DNA of 64,000 nucleotides from Candidatus Oxydemutatoraceae bacterium (GTDB lineage Bacteria; Pseudomonadota; Gammaproteobacteria; Poriferisulfidales; Oxydemutatoraceae): NCBI GenBank assembly GCA_965218975.1, contig OZ244717.1, positions 512,001 to 576,000 of the forward strand, read 5' to 3'. Shown piece by piece: positions 54,186 to 64,000 of this stretch (position 1 is its first letter; each line of letters starts with the position of its first letter). The notes under the pieces were generated by a model. It saw only the letters and a program-made list of their open reading frames with translations, ran no database searches and was not told where the DNA came from. The position numbers and the translations under genes were made by a program.

Positions 54186-54385
54186 ACGGACGGCGGGAGT
54201 GAGTTTCAAGGACAGTTTGCCCGGCTCATCCGGGAATCACCCGTGATTGAGCAGTGGCTGACCTATCCCAAGTGTCCAAAAATGAACGCGCACATCAAGC
54301 GCTTCAACCGCACCGTCCAAGAAGATTGTATCAATCATGCAGAAGACCTGCTATTCGCCGATACGGAAGCATTCAATGACCGGTT

Positions 54386-54644
54386 ATGAAACCGTTTTGT
54401 GTTTGTTGGTGGATGCTCAGCAAAGTGCCTGTCGTCCATGACGAGACTTGGTTCTGTTAATGAACGCCAGCCCCGACGTCCTTGTCGGGTCGTTCACCGC
54501 TGAAAACCGGTCGGTTTTCCGGGCGCGTCTCACCCTGCTCGTCCATGACGAGACTTGGTTCTGTCAATGAACGCCAGCCCCGACGTCCTTGTCGGGTCGT
54601 TCGCTGCTGAAAACCGATCGGTTTTCCGGGCGCGTCTCACCCTG
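54386..54644 (+). repeat. Hairpin module plus extra core in tandem
   Basis: Cores at 54438 and 54545; same arrangement as 2183-2431. Confidence 0.9.
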
Positions 54645-55297
54645 CACCGTCCTCATGCCAACAATGGACAGAAAGCACCGATCCGAATGTTACTGCCGAA
54701 CGCTTCCCCCGAAGCCTTTCAAAAATCCCATTTAGGGTGGCATCGTACAACTACTTGTCAGGTTGCGCGACGATACATATAATCGGCTACCTAAACTATT
54801 AGGAGGATTCAATGCCGTTTGAAAACTATATTTCCCCGATTATTTTCTTTGCGGTGCTCATTTATCTTGAGTATCTAATTGCCAACGCGGCAGTTTAATT
54901 AGAGCTACGCATAGCGCACATGTGATGCGCCGCATGCACGCTAAAAAATATTGAGCGACTATACAATATTTCTCGGAAGGTGATTTTCAGTGTGGTGGCT
55001 TTGCGTTGCCGACGATACATTATCCGACTATTTATTATTACTTTGAACTGAGCCGTATCTACTCTGATTTCGCTAGCATTGTCACCGTGTTATTTCTACA
55101 CGAGTTAAAGCGGATTGCTGCCCCATTCGGGGATCGTATACAACAGCGTATCCATTAGTAAGCGTACGGTATGAGTTCCAATACCTAAGGGAGGGTTACA
55201 TAACTTATAATCGGCGGCTTAGCGTTTCAGTACAATGCACGGTAAGTCGCTATGTCGCTTTTTGCCTCATTGATCTGAAAATTATCGGAGGTAGCAG

Positions 55298-55711
55298 ATG
55301 CTTACTCGACGCAATACATTAATTCTTCTAACAGTACTTTGGCCGGTGATGCTGGTAATGATCAGTGTTGTACGTTTTAGTATTGCAATGTTTTCGGACA
55401 TAATGTCATCGCCCGTGCAAGCTTTATTCGGTTTTTTATCCGGTTTGTTGATTTTTGCGTTGATCGGATGGCTGTCGGGTTTGTTGTTGTTAGCCTTTAT
55501 TAAGCCGGGGCGTTCTACGGCAAATATCGGTGCAGTCGTCGGGTATATCATCGCGGCAGTGCCGGCAGCTTGGTTTGCGATTGTAGGCGGATTATTGTTT
55601 CCGATTATTGGTCAAACGCTGTATGGACTGTCGGTTATTGGCATCGGAGTTGTCGCTGGTCGAATGTTCGGATCGTTGTTCGGGCGCATTGCTAAGCGTC
55701 TTAAAACTTAG
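55298..55711 (+). CDS. Hypothetical membrane protein, about four helices
   Basis: GGAGG RBS, hydrophobic 137-aa ORF co-oriented with downstream genes. Confidence 0.75.
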   Translation: MLTRRNTLILLTVLWPVMLVMISVVRFSIAMFSDIMSSPVQALFGFLSGLLIFALIGWLSGLLLLAFIKPGRSTANIGAVVGYIIAAVPAAWFAIVGGLLFPIIGQTLYGLSVIGIGVVAGRMFGSLFGRIAKRLKT

Positions 55712-55723
55712 AGGGGCGATCCG

Positions 55724-56392
55724 GTGTTACAACGACGCCCTGAGCCTAATGAGCTCATGAATGGCGCCGAACAAGCGTACGCTTATGCGCATGCGGACTT
55801 TGAGACTGCACACCGCGCTCTGGTGGATTATTTGTGGCAGGTGTTTCCGGATTTTCCCGCAACTGCCAAAGTAATTGATCTTGGCTGTGGCGCTGCCGAC
55901 ATTGCGATTCGGTTGGCACGGCATTGCCCGCAGTGCACAGTGGTTGCGATTGATGGCGCACCGGCAATGCTTGCACATGCAAAAAGCGCTGTTCTTGCCG
56001 CCGGGCTACAGGACAGAATTGTGTTGCAATGTGTGATTTTATCCGAACAAAATTTGCTATCGGGGCACTATGACGCGGTTGTTTCCAACAGTCTTTTGCA
56101 TCACTTATATCAACCGAAGGTTTTGTGGCAAACGATTCAATTAGTCACAAAGCGCGGTGCGTATGTTTTTGTCGCCGATTTAATACGACCGGAAAGCGCC
56201 GCCGCTGCTAAAGACTTGACTATTCGCTATTCTGAGCGCGAGCCTGAAATTTTGCGGAAAGATTTCTATAACTCCTTGCTTGCGGCGTTTACTCCGGACG
56301 AGGTTCGGGCACAATTGGCGGTGGCGGCGCTCGGCCATTTGACAGTGGAAACGATTAGCGATCGACATATGGTTATTTATGGCCGTGTGTGA
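55724..56392 (+). CDS. Class I SAM-dependent methyltransferase
   Basis: IDLGCGAAD, SNSLLHH, DLIRP. Confidence 0.88.
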   Translation: MLQRRPEPNELMNGAEQAYAYAHADFETAHRALVDYLWQVFPDFPATAKVIDLGCGAADIAIRLARHCPQCTVVAIDGAPAMLAHAKSAVLAAGLQDRIVLQCVILSEQNLLSGHYDAVVSNSLLHHLYQPKVLWQTIQLVTKRGAYVFVADLIRPESAAAAKDLTIRYSEREPEILRKDFYNSLLAAFTPDEVRAQLAVAALGHLTVETISDRHMVIYGRV

Positions 56393-56407
56393 CAAAAGAG
56401 GTTAATA

Positions 56408-57349
56408 ATGAGATTAGCTGATATAGAAAATCGTCTAAAAAAAATGAGCAGTTTGGGTAACAAATTCCTCATTGTCGACAATTTGGACGGCACGTTGGGC
56501 AATTCGGCGCACAAAGACGTTCTTGATTGTATCAATCAGGAAGGACCTAAGGAGTACAGAAAGTTTGATCAGATGTTGCTTATCACGCAAAGCATCAATG
56601 GTGCGGACTTTTGGGTGCGGGTTTTTAACTCTGATAAGACAGAGGCGGGACAATGCGGTAATGGCGTACGTTGTGTCGCGCAATATGCACGAGACGAAGG
56701 GTTGGTAGATGGGAATATTGTGCATATTCAAACGCAAGATGGGAAAGGCGGTGTGACAAGCCATGCCGGCAACACGGCAGCAAATCCCTCTTCTTATAGA
56801 GTGGTGGTAGCTAAATTGTTGAACGATATGAACGTTCGAGCAAACATAGGACCGCCGATTTTTGATCCTGACAAAGTGCCGTTTCGCACAAGTGTGCGAG
56901 CAGACTACTATCTGATCGAATTGGACTGTTTATCGTCCCAGCTGAAGGAGAAGTTCCACTGTGTGCTGAAAAAGGTCGGTATTGTTTCTATGGGTAACCC
57001 GCATGCGGTCATGCAAGTGGATAGTATTGACGAGTATAGCGCCGATGAAGTTGATGCGATCGGCACCATTTTCCAGCGACAAGAACTTTTATTTCCGGAG
57101 CAAATAAATGTTGGGTTGATGCAGGTGCAAACCCGAAGCTATATTCGTTTGCGAGTGTATGAACGTGGTGTCGGCGAAACGAAAGCATGTGGAAGCGGCG
57201 CGTGTGCGGCGGTTGCTGTCGGGAGACAGTGGGGCATGTTGAATAATGCGGTGCAAGTGGAGTTGCCGGGCGGGATGTTGATCGTTGAGCAGGATGCGAA
57301 AGGAAATTTAACGCTGACTGGCCCGGTGGAATCTTCTTGGGAAGATTAA
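56408..57349 (+). CDS. dapF: Diaminopimelate epimerase (divergent)
   Basis: QCGNGVRC, SMGNPH, VYERGVGETKACGSG. Confidence 0.92.
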   Translation: MRLADIENRLKKMSSLGNKFLIVDNLDGTLGNSAHKDVLDCINQEGPKEYRKFDQMLLITQSINGADFWVRVFNSDKTEAGQCGNGVRCVAQYARDEGLVDGNIVHIQTQDGKGGVTSHAGNTAANPSSYRVVVAKLLNDMNVRANIGPPIFDPDKVPFRTSVRADYYLIELDCLSSQLKEKFHCVLKKVGIVSMGNPHAVMQVDSIDEYSADEVDAIGTIFQRQELLFPEQINVGLMQVQTRSYIRLRVYERGVGETKACGSGACAAVAVGRQWGMLNNAVQVELPGGMLIVEQDAKGNLTLTGPVESSWED

Positions 57350-57795
57350 TTAGGGATTAGCGAGGCAATCATGCTGAAATTAGAGTATCGCGGCTAATGC
57401 GCACGATGGCGGTGTAATGATTTGAAATGATCTCTTCTTTTCGGCTCGAGATTTCAGGGCCATATCGGGCTATTTTTTTTAAGCTTCTCTTTGGTTCTGA
57501 TTAGTGATTAAAAAGTTTGAATGTATTGGTTGACCCCATACGCAACTTCTCGATTGAGCATCGAGGAAGCCGCCGTTTTATAAGGTTTTCCGTATATAAT
57601 CGCAACAATTATTTCGAATAGACCTCCTCATGGATAAATATCATAATCATGTTTTGTGATAGTCATCTTGACCGGTGGGGCACGGACTCATTGCTGGCAA
57701 AGGGGAAAGGTTTAGCTAAACGTGCGCGAGAGAGCATTTTGATACGAGGTCTGCTCTTTGCTCACAAATGTAAATGTATATGAGCGATTCAGTAT

Positions 57796-58563
57796 ATGAG
57801 TGATTCACACTCAAGCAAAAGTCAAAATCCGTCAGACACTTCCGTACGGCAAGCGGTGGAATCCGAGTTAAGTGCTGACGAGGTGTTAGCTTATCTGCTT
57901 GCGCATCGTGACTTTTATCAGCGTTACCCGGAAGCATTTGCCGGTCTGCAACTCGCTCATCAGGTAACCGACAGTGCATCGTTATTGGAAAAGCAAATAG
58001 AAGTGCTGCGCGATAGAAATCGAGAATTAACCAATAAGCTAAAAGTCATGGTGGCAACAGTGCGAAAAAATGAATCCCTCAGTTTGGCGTTGCACTACCT
58101 CGCAATCCGGCTATTGAGCGTCTTAGTAGACGGCGCCAAGCTTGAGTTTCGCGATCGGAAAATTAGTGCCATAAAGCAAGTTTGCGGCGAAGTGTTTCAT
58201 GAACGATTTCCCGACACGAAAATTTTTTTGCATTGGTTTGCTGAATTTATTAATGATAATTCCGACAACACATTATCGATTATTCGCCGCGACGACCAGC
58301 GTATTGCCGGTTTGCTACATCGGGTATTTTCAACCGGGAAGCCGGATTGTAGCCGTCTGACTAAACCTCAATGTATTGTTTTATTGCCGCAGCTAAACAG
58401 TAGCGTCGCGTCGACAGCCGTAGTACCGTTGCAACAGCCTAAGTTCGGATCAAAGATAGGTCTGTTAGTGTTATATAGTTCTGACGCCAACAAATTCTCA
58501 CCGGGCAAGGGGACTATGTTTTTAGTTCAATTGGCGCAATTGATTGAACACTCTTGCGGCTAG
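57796..58563 (+). CDS. DUF484 (YigA-like) protein
   Basis: YL..H.DF, SLLEKQIEVLR, F..GKGT.FL; between dapF and xerC. Confidence 0.85.
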   Translation: MSDSHSSKSQNPSDTSVRQAVESELSADEVLAYLLAHRDFYQRYPEAFAGLQLAHQVTDSASLLEKQIEVLRDRNRELTNKLKVMVATVRKNESLSLALHYLAIRLLSVLVDGAKLEFRDRKISAIKQVCGEVFHERFPDTKIFLHWFAEFINDNSDNTLSIIRRDDQRIAGLLHRVFSTGKPDCSRLTKPQCIVLLPQLNSSVASTAVVPLQQPKFGSKIGLLVLYSSDANKFSPGKGTMFLVQLAQLIEHSCG

Positions 58564-58617
58564 TTTAAAAAATGTTCAAAATGTTCCTTGATAAACTATT
58601 TTTTGGCAGGTAAGCGG

Positions 58618-59514
58618 ATGATATTTGGCAAAGCAGTTACAGAATTTCTTTCTATGCTTCGCTACGAGAAAAATTATTCGAAAAATACGATTCGTAGCTA
58701 CGACCACGACCTCAAGCATTTTCGACGCTTTCTTGTTGCGTTCGAACTTGAGGGTCGCTGGCGCAGACTTGATGCGGAGCAGATTCGTAGTTACATCTCA
58801 CAGCGGTATTTTGCCGGTTCGGGAGGGCGGACTTTGCAGCGTCATCTATCTTGCTTAAGAAGCTTTTATCAATACCACCTATCCTGCGGTAGCGTAACCG
58901 TCAATCCGGTTGAAGGGATACGACCGCCGCGTTCGGATAAAAAACTGCCGAAAACTTTGACGATTGAGCAAATTTCACAACTGCTAAATAATCCGACGAC
59001 GGATTTTTTAGAGATCCGTGATGTTGCAATGGCGGAGCTCTCTTACTCTTCAGGTTTGCGTTTGGCGGAACTGATTTCGTTGACGCTTGATGGCATTGAT
59101 TTGGAGGCGGGAATTGTCTCCGTTATCGGTAAAGGTTCCAAGCAGCGCAGGCTTCCGGTCGGCAAATGTGCGCGCAATGCTATTCAGCGGTGGCTGAAGA
59201 TTCGGACTCAGTTTGCTGGGGAAGAAGAGGCGGCTTTATTTGTCGGTCGTCAAGGACATGCTTTGACCGCGCGAGCGGTGCAGAAACGTTTTGCCGCTCT
59301 TGCATTCAAGAAAGCATTGAGCGTGCATTTGCATCCGCATTTGCTACGTCATTCCTTTGCCAGTCATCTGCTTGAATCATCAGGTGATTTGCGGGCAGTT
59401 CAAGAACTATTGGGTCACGCCGATATTAGTACGACTCAAATTTACACCCATTTAGATTTTCAGCATTTGGCAAAAGTTTATGATGAAGCGCATCCGCGCG
59501 CTAAGCGCCGGTGA
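58618..59514 (+). CDS. xerC: Tyrosine recombinase XerC
   Basis: GLRLAEL, GKGSKQR, HLLRHSFASH, LLGH...TQIY; dapF-yigA-xerC order. Confidence 0.94.
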   Translation: MIFGKAVTEFLSMLRYEKNYSKNTIRSYDHDLKHFRRFLVAFELEGRWRRLDAEQIRSYISQRYFAGSGGRTLQRHLSCLRSFYQYHLSCGSVTVNPVEGIRPPRSDKKLPKTLTIEQISQLLNNPTTDFLEIRDVAMAELSYSSGLRLAELISLTLDGIDLEAGIVSVIGKGSKQRRLPVGKCARNAIQRWLKIRTQFAGEEEAALFVGRQGHALTARAVQKRFAALAFKKALSVHLHPHLLRHSFASHLLESSGDLRAVQELLGHADISTTQIYTHLDFQHLAKVYDEAHPRAKRR

Positions 59515-59591
59515 TTATTAGGTCGGCATCCATTCAACCGGATGTTGTAAAATAGTTTACCTTATGAGATTAAGACGACAAGAATAAGTTT

Positions 59592-60116
59592 ATGCATGGG
59601 ACAACGATAGTCTCGGTTCGCAAAGATAATCAAGTAGTACTAGGTGGTGACGGACAAGTTACTCTGCAGAATATTGTGATGAAGTCCAATGCACGTAAAG
59701 TGCGTCGTCTGTATCACGATAAAGTGCTAGCGGGGTTTGCCGGCGGTACGGCGGATGCATTTGCTCTGCTGGAACGTTTTGAGGGTAAGATTGAGGAACA
59801 CGGAGGTAATTTAACGCGTTCCGCATTGGAACTGGCAAAAGACTGGCGCACCGATAGAATGCTACGTCGTTTGGAGGCCCTGCTGGCGGTTGTAGACAAG
59901 GAACAGTCGTTGATTATTTCCGGCAACGGCGATGTGATCGAACCGGAAAACGGATTGATTGCCATTGGTTCGGGTGGCGCGTATGCACAAGCGGCGGCAA
60001 GCGCGCTGATCGCACATAGTGACTTAGGCGCAAAAGAAATCGTTGAACGATCTTTAGCCATTGCTGCTGGTATTTGTATCTATACAAATACCAATTTAAC
60101 TGTTGAGATTTTATGA
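59592..60116 (+). CDS. hslV: ATP-dependent protease subunit HslV
   Basis: [21 protein letters not shown]. Confidence 0.97.
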   Translation: MHGTTIVSVRKDNQVVLGGDGQVTLQNIVMKSNARKVRRLYHDKVLAGFAGGTADAFALLERFEGKIEEHGGNLTRSALELAKDWRTDRMLRRLEALLAVVDKEQSLIISGNGDVIEPENGLIAIGSGGAYAQAAASALIAHSDLGAKEIVERSLAIAAGICIYTNTNLTVEIL

Positions 60117-60126
60117 AGGTAAGCGG

Positions 60127-61422
60127 ATGATGACTCCCCGGGAAGTAGTGCGTGAATTAGACCGACACATTGTGGGCCAAGATCAGGCTAAACGAGCGGT
60201 TGCGATTGCCTTGCGCAACCGTTGGCGCCGGATACAGTTAAGCGAACAGCTGCGCCGTGAAATTTTTCCAAAGAATATTTTAATGATCGGTTCAACCGGT
60301 ATCGGCAAAACTGAGATTGCGCGACGACTTGCACATTTGTCCGATGCTCCTTTTACCAAAGTTGAAGCGACTAAATTTACTGAGGTTGGTTATGTCGGGC
60401 GCAATGTCGAGTCAATCATCCGTGATTTATGTAGTGTCGCGGTGAAGCAAATGCGTGAACGGGAGACTGACCGAGTGTATCATCGTGCTGAGGAAATTGC
60501 TGAAGACATTATCTTGGAAGCATTATTGAAAAGCGGACGGTATGGTTCCGATCGTCAAATGCTGCGGGTACGCTTTCGTCAGAAAGAGATAGACGATGAA
60601 GAAATTGATATCACAGTTGCAGCGTTATCTGCCAATGTCGAGATCATGACGCCACCGGGTATGGAAGGGTTGACCAATCAATTGCAAGGGATGTTTGATA
60701 AGCTCGCCGGCGGCCAACGTCAGTCGCGACGATTGAAAGTTCATCAAGCGTTCAAAACACTGACTCAGGAAGAAGCACAAAAATTAATTGATGATGAAGA
60801 TCTCAAAGGGAAGGCGCTCGAGAGTGTTGAGCAAAATGGAATTGTTTTTATCGATGAGATTGATAAAGTTGTCAAACGTAGCGAGAGTGTCGGCGGAGGG
60901 GATATTTCGCGCGAAGGTGTTCAGCGCGATTTGCTGCCATTGGTTGAGGGTTGTACGGTCAGCACTAAATACGGCACGGTGAAAACCGATCACATCCTAT
61001 TTATCGCATCGGGTGCGTTCCATACGAGCAAACCTTCCGATTTGGTTCCGGAACTACAGGGTCGATTCCCGATCCGTGTTGAGTTGCAAGAATTAACTGC
61101 GAAGGAGTTTGTCAAAATTCTTAAGGATACCGATGTCTCATTAGTTTATCAGTACGCCAAGCTAATGGAAACTGAGGAAGTGAAGCTGGAATTCACCGAT
61201 GATGCGATTCGTCGCATTGCTGAGATTGCTTATGAAGTCAATGCGAGAACCGAAAATATCGGCGCGCGCCGTTTACATACTGCGATGGAGTATTTGCTTG
61301 AGGAAATTTCTTTCACCGCGCCGGATAATAGCGGGAAGCACGAAGTGATTGATGTTGAGTATGTTGAGAAAAATCTTGCTCCGCTGGCAGAAGATGAAGA
61401 TTTGAGCCGTTACATTCTTTAA
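60127..61422 (+). CDS. hslU: ATP-dependent protease ATPase HslU
   Basis: [26 protein letters not shown]. Confidence 0.97.
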   Translation: MMTPREVVRELDRHIVGQDQAKRAVAIALRNRWRRIQLSEQLRREIFPKNILMIGSTGIGKTEIARRLAHLSDAPFTKVEATKFTEVGYVGRNVESIIRDLCSVAVKQMRERETDRVYHRAEEIAEDIILEALLKSGRYGSDRQMLRVRFRQKEIDDEEIDITVAALSANVEIMTPPGMEGLTNQLQGMFDKLAGGQRQSRRLKVHQAFKTLTQEEAQKLIDDEDLKGKALESVEQNGIVFIDEIDKVVKRSESVGGGDISREGVQRDLLPLVEGCTVSTKYGTVKTDHILFIASGAFHTSKPSDLVPELQGRFPIRVELQELTAKEFVKILKDTDVSLVYQYAKLMETEEVKLEFTDDAIRRIAEIAYEVNARTENIGARRLHTAMEYLLEEISFTAPDNSGKHEVIDVEYVEKNLAPLAEDEDLSRYIL

Positions 61423-61440
61423 CATTTTATTACGGAACCG

Positions 61441-61812
61441 ATGTCGCAACATCTACCCACCGATATTCAGCTGTATCAGCAGTCACGTGTGCTGGAAGTT
61501 ATGTTTGATAATGGTGCGGCTTTCAAAATGAGTTGTGAATATTTACGGGTTTTTTCCCCGTCCGCCGAAGTAATGGGACACGGCGGCGGTGAAGGCAAGT
61601 TACAAATCGGCAAGGAGGATATCAACATCATTTCAATTGAGCCGGTTGGTAATTATGCAATTAAATTAGTTTACGATGACGGGCATAGCAGCGGCATTTA
61701 CTCTTGGGATTACTTGTACAGTTTGGGTGTCAATCAGATGCAAAACTGGCAACGTTATCTGGAGCGTCTCGCCGCGGCGGGTTATCAGCGCAAAGAGAGG
61801 CGGTTTAGTTGA
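61441..61812 (+). CDS. DUF971 family protein
   Basis: EYLRVFSPSAEV.GH, VGNYA, DGHSSGIY. Confidence 0.9.
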   Translation: MSQHLPTDIQLYQQSRVLEVMFDNGAAFKMSCEYLRVFSPSAEVMGHGGGEGKLQIGKEDINIISIEPVGNYAIKLVYDDGHSSGIYSWDYLYSLGVNQMQNWQRYLERLAAAGYQRKERRFS

Positions 61813-61816
61813 TCAC

Positions 61817-62554
61817 ATGGCTAAGAGAGTTCATTTTGGTTATCGAAAAGTTAGGCTAACAGAAAAAACCGAATTGGTCGGTAAAGTCTTTCAATCCGTT
61901 GCCCGCCGTTATGATTTGATGAACGATTTGATGTCGTTTGGTATTCATCGGCTATGGAAGCGCCATACTGTTTTTTTATGCGCGGCGCGACGGAAGCAGC
62001 AGATTTTGGACCTCGCCGGCGGCACCGGTGATTTGGCAGCGGGTTTACACGCCGATCTTAAAGGAAATGCCGAGATTGTTGTTGCTGATATCAATATGGC
62101 AATGCTTAAAGTCGGTCGTGCACGTTTGATTGATCGAGGGATTAACACATTAAAATTTGTTCGTTGCGACGCCGAGCTGTTGCCGTTTGCCGATAACAGC
62201 TTTGATCGAGTGGTGATGGGGTTTGGATTGCGCAATGTTACCGATAAATCCGCTGCGCTATCTGCGGTGCAACGCGTTCTAAAACCAGGCGGATATATTT
62301 TGGTGCTTGAATTTTCACAAGTCAAAGAATGGCTTGCGCCAATTTATGATTTGTGGTCTTTTACCGTGTTGCCGTTGCTTGGACGTGTGGTTGCCGGTGA
62401 TCAAGAAAGTTATCGCTATCTGGCCGAATCAATACGGATGCATCCGAATCAAGAAGCATTGCTACGTTTGATGGAGGATGCGGGTTTGAAACGTTGCGAG
62501 TATTTTAATTTGTCGCAAGGTATTGTCGCCATCCATCGCGGTTATAAGCTATGA
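61817..62554 (+). CDS. ubiE: Ubiquinone/menaquinone C-methyltransferase
   Basis: YDLMNDLMSFGIHRLWK, LAGGTGD, FGLRNV. Confidence 0.96.
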   Translation: MAKRVHFGYRKVRLTEKTELVGKVFQSVARRYDLMNDLMSFGIHRLWKRHTVFLCAARRKQQILDLAGGTGDLAAGLHADLKGNAEIVVADINMAMLKVGRARLIDRGINTLKFVRCDAELLPFADNSFDRVVMGFGLRNVTDKSAALSAVQRVLKPGGYILVLEFSQVKEWLAPIYDLWSFTVLPLLGRVVAGDQESYRYLAESIRMHPNQEALLRLMEDAGLKRCEYFNLSQGIVAIHRGYKL

Positions 62555-63207
62555 GAAGGTTTGATCATATTTCGGTTGGTTCCGATCAGGTTTTATCGTT
62601 TGCACATCGTGCGTTTGCATCGATAGCTGAACGGATGATCAATACTCGCCTGCGGATGAATCCTGAGGTGGCAGCAAATCTGTACGAGTTGAGTGAAAAA
62701 ATGATCGGATTGGAAATCACGACATTGGGTTTACGGACATTTTTTACACCGGATACCGAATCCGAACCGCTGCGAATTCGAGTAGAAGCGTCGTCGCAAT
62801 CGGAACCGACAACTTGGATACGTGGCAGCATTGTAAATTTAATTAAAATGACGCGGGAGGGGCATCGCTCCGGCGCTCAATTGGAAATTTCCGGCGATAT
62901 CGGAGCTGGAGAAACATTTCAGCATATTTTGCGTGAAGCGGAGCTAGATTGGGAAGAATTGCTTGCGCAGTTTGTCGGTGATATTCCCGCACATCAAGTC
63001 GGCAAAGGGGCGAATGCGATTAATCGTTGTACCCGCCGTGCGATCAATTCCGTTGCATTTAGCGCAGGCGAGTATTTGCGTGAAGAGATTGATCTTGCGG
63101 TTGATGCAAGGCAAATCAATAAATTTATCGATCAAGTAGATAGGTTGCGCGACGATGTTAGCAGACTTGTGGCGCGTGTCGATCGTTTGCGGGGGAAACA
63201 TCGATAA
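62551..63207 (+). CDS. ubiJ: Ubiquinone biosynthesis accessory factor
   Basis: DWEELLA...GD, YLREE; between ubiE and ubiB. Confidence 0.85.
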   Translation: MRRFDHISVGSDQVLSFAHRAFASIAERMINTRLRMNPEVAANLYELSEKMIGLEITTLGLRTFFTPDTESEPLRIRVEASSQSEPTTWIRGSIVNLIKMTREGHRSGAQLEISGDIGAGETFQHILREAELDWEELLAQFVGDIPAHQVGKGANAINRCTRRAINSVAFSAGEYLREEIDLAVDARQINKFIDQVDRLRDDVSRLVARVDRLRGKHR

Positions 63208-64000
63208 TGATTGTTCAGACCGCACGTTTCTTTCAAGTAAATATGACTTTGCTAAAGTATGGTTTGACCGATTTGCTTTTTAAGGTGTCACCGCCTTGGT
63301 TTGTGCGAGGGCCCCTTCATTTGCTACGGTTTTTAGTCAGAGGTTGGCGATATGACAAAGCGCCGCTGGCAGCGCGCATTCGTTTGGCATTGGAAAAATC
63401 CGGAACCATTTTTGTTAAGTTTGGTCAGACTTTGTCCACTCGCCGGGATTTATTACCCAAAGATATTGCTGATGAATTAGCCAAGCTGCAAGACAAAGTG
63501 TCACCGTTTGACGAGGAGCGCGCAAGGAATATTATTACAACTGCTTTGGGTCGACCGCCGGAGGAAGTGTTCTTATCATTTGATGAAAAACCGTTGGCCG
63601 CTGCTTCTATTGCGCAAGTACATGCGGCGATTTTGGAGGTCAACGGCAAAGATCAAGAAGTTGTCGTCAAAGTTCTGCGCCCGGATATTGATCGTCAAAT
63701 TCATTGCGACATTGCGCTGCTTTACTTGTTAGCAAAACTATTCGGCTGGATAAAACCGGCAGAGAGCAAACGTCTGCGCTTGATTGAAGTGATCGAAGAA
63801 TATGAAAAGACTATTTTAGGCGAGCTTGATCTGATGCGAGAGGCGGCGAACGCGAGTCAGTTGCGGCGCAATTTTGAAGGATCGCCTTTGCTTTATGTGC
63901 CGCAAGTTTATTGGCGCTATTGTCGTCGTGAAGTGATGGTGATGGAACGAATCCGAGGGGTGCCGATCAGCGATATCGAGCGACTTAAACAGGAACGAGT
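63207..64000 (+). CDS. ubiB: Ubiquinone biosynthesis kinase-like protein (runs off window)
   Basis: Translated by hand: FVKFGQTLSTRRDL, LQDKV, PLAAASIAQVH, VVKVLRP. Confidence 0.93.
   Translation, partial: MIVQTARFFQVNMTLLKYGLTDLLFKVSPPWFVRGPLHLLRFLVRGWRYDKAPLAARIRLALEKSGTIFVKFGQTLSTRRDLLPKDIADELAKLQDKVSPFDEERARNIITTALGRPPEEVFLSFDEKPLAAASIAQVHAAILEVNGKDQEVVVKVLRPDIDRQIHCDIALLYLLAKLFGWIKPAESKRLRLIEVIEEYEKTILGELDLMREAANASQLRRNFEGSPLLYVPQVYWRYCRREVMVMERIRGVPISDIERLKQER

Larger units (their letters stand above)
53164..54749 (+). mobile_element. IS481-like element (subtype A) fragmented by six hairpin modules
   Basis: TGTATAGTGCCAGATAC ... GGCATCGTACA ends; TDGGSEF...RFNRTVQED segment at ~54185-54385. 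Confidence 0.9.

Noticed and set aside
53496-54644. CRISPR array or protein-coding repeats (66-70 aa ORFs)
   Set aside because: The unit is 197 bp with no unique spacers, is not a multiple of three, and the ORFs are mixtures of module and transposase fragments.
58618-59514. Phage or island integrase
   Set aside because: The dapF-DUF484-xerC-hslVU context identifies chromosomal XerC.

Overview
A 64-kb chromosomal stretch of a gammaproteobacterium, mostly housekeeping genes (accBC, ispB, thiO/S/G, trmB, glyQS, glnA, pyrD, gpsA-secB-grxC, glmUS, nrdAB, tsaD, proC, plsY, bioHC, dapF, xerC, hslVU, ubiEJB) plus two tRNAs. A TauD-like/small protein/orphan Cas6-like/Cys-less DsrC-like cluster points to a sulfur oxidiser. 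Six broken IS481-like copies, eroded intergenic DNA and a Sel1 protein suggest a host-associated symbiont (inference). Three things stand out. (1) A ~476-aa protein with four near-identical 85-aa repeats, each with six acidic tyrosine motifs resembling eukaryotic SH2 docking sites: a candidate phosphotyrosine-mimic effector. (2) A ~150-nt multi-hairpin module found 10 times, only inside one IS481-like subtype, with covarying stems, a variable 9-nt loop, recurring CTG/TG junctions and a 197-bp tandem array. (3) A Cas6-like gene with no CRISPR array, inside a sulfur-metabolism operon. All calls were made by eye from motifs; no database search was run.
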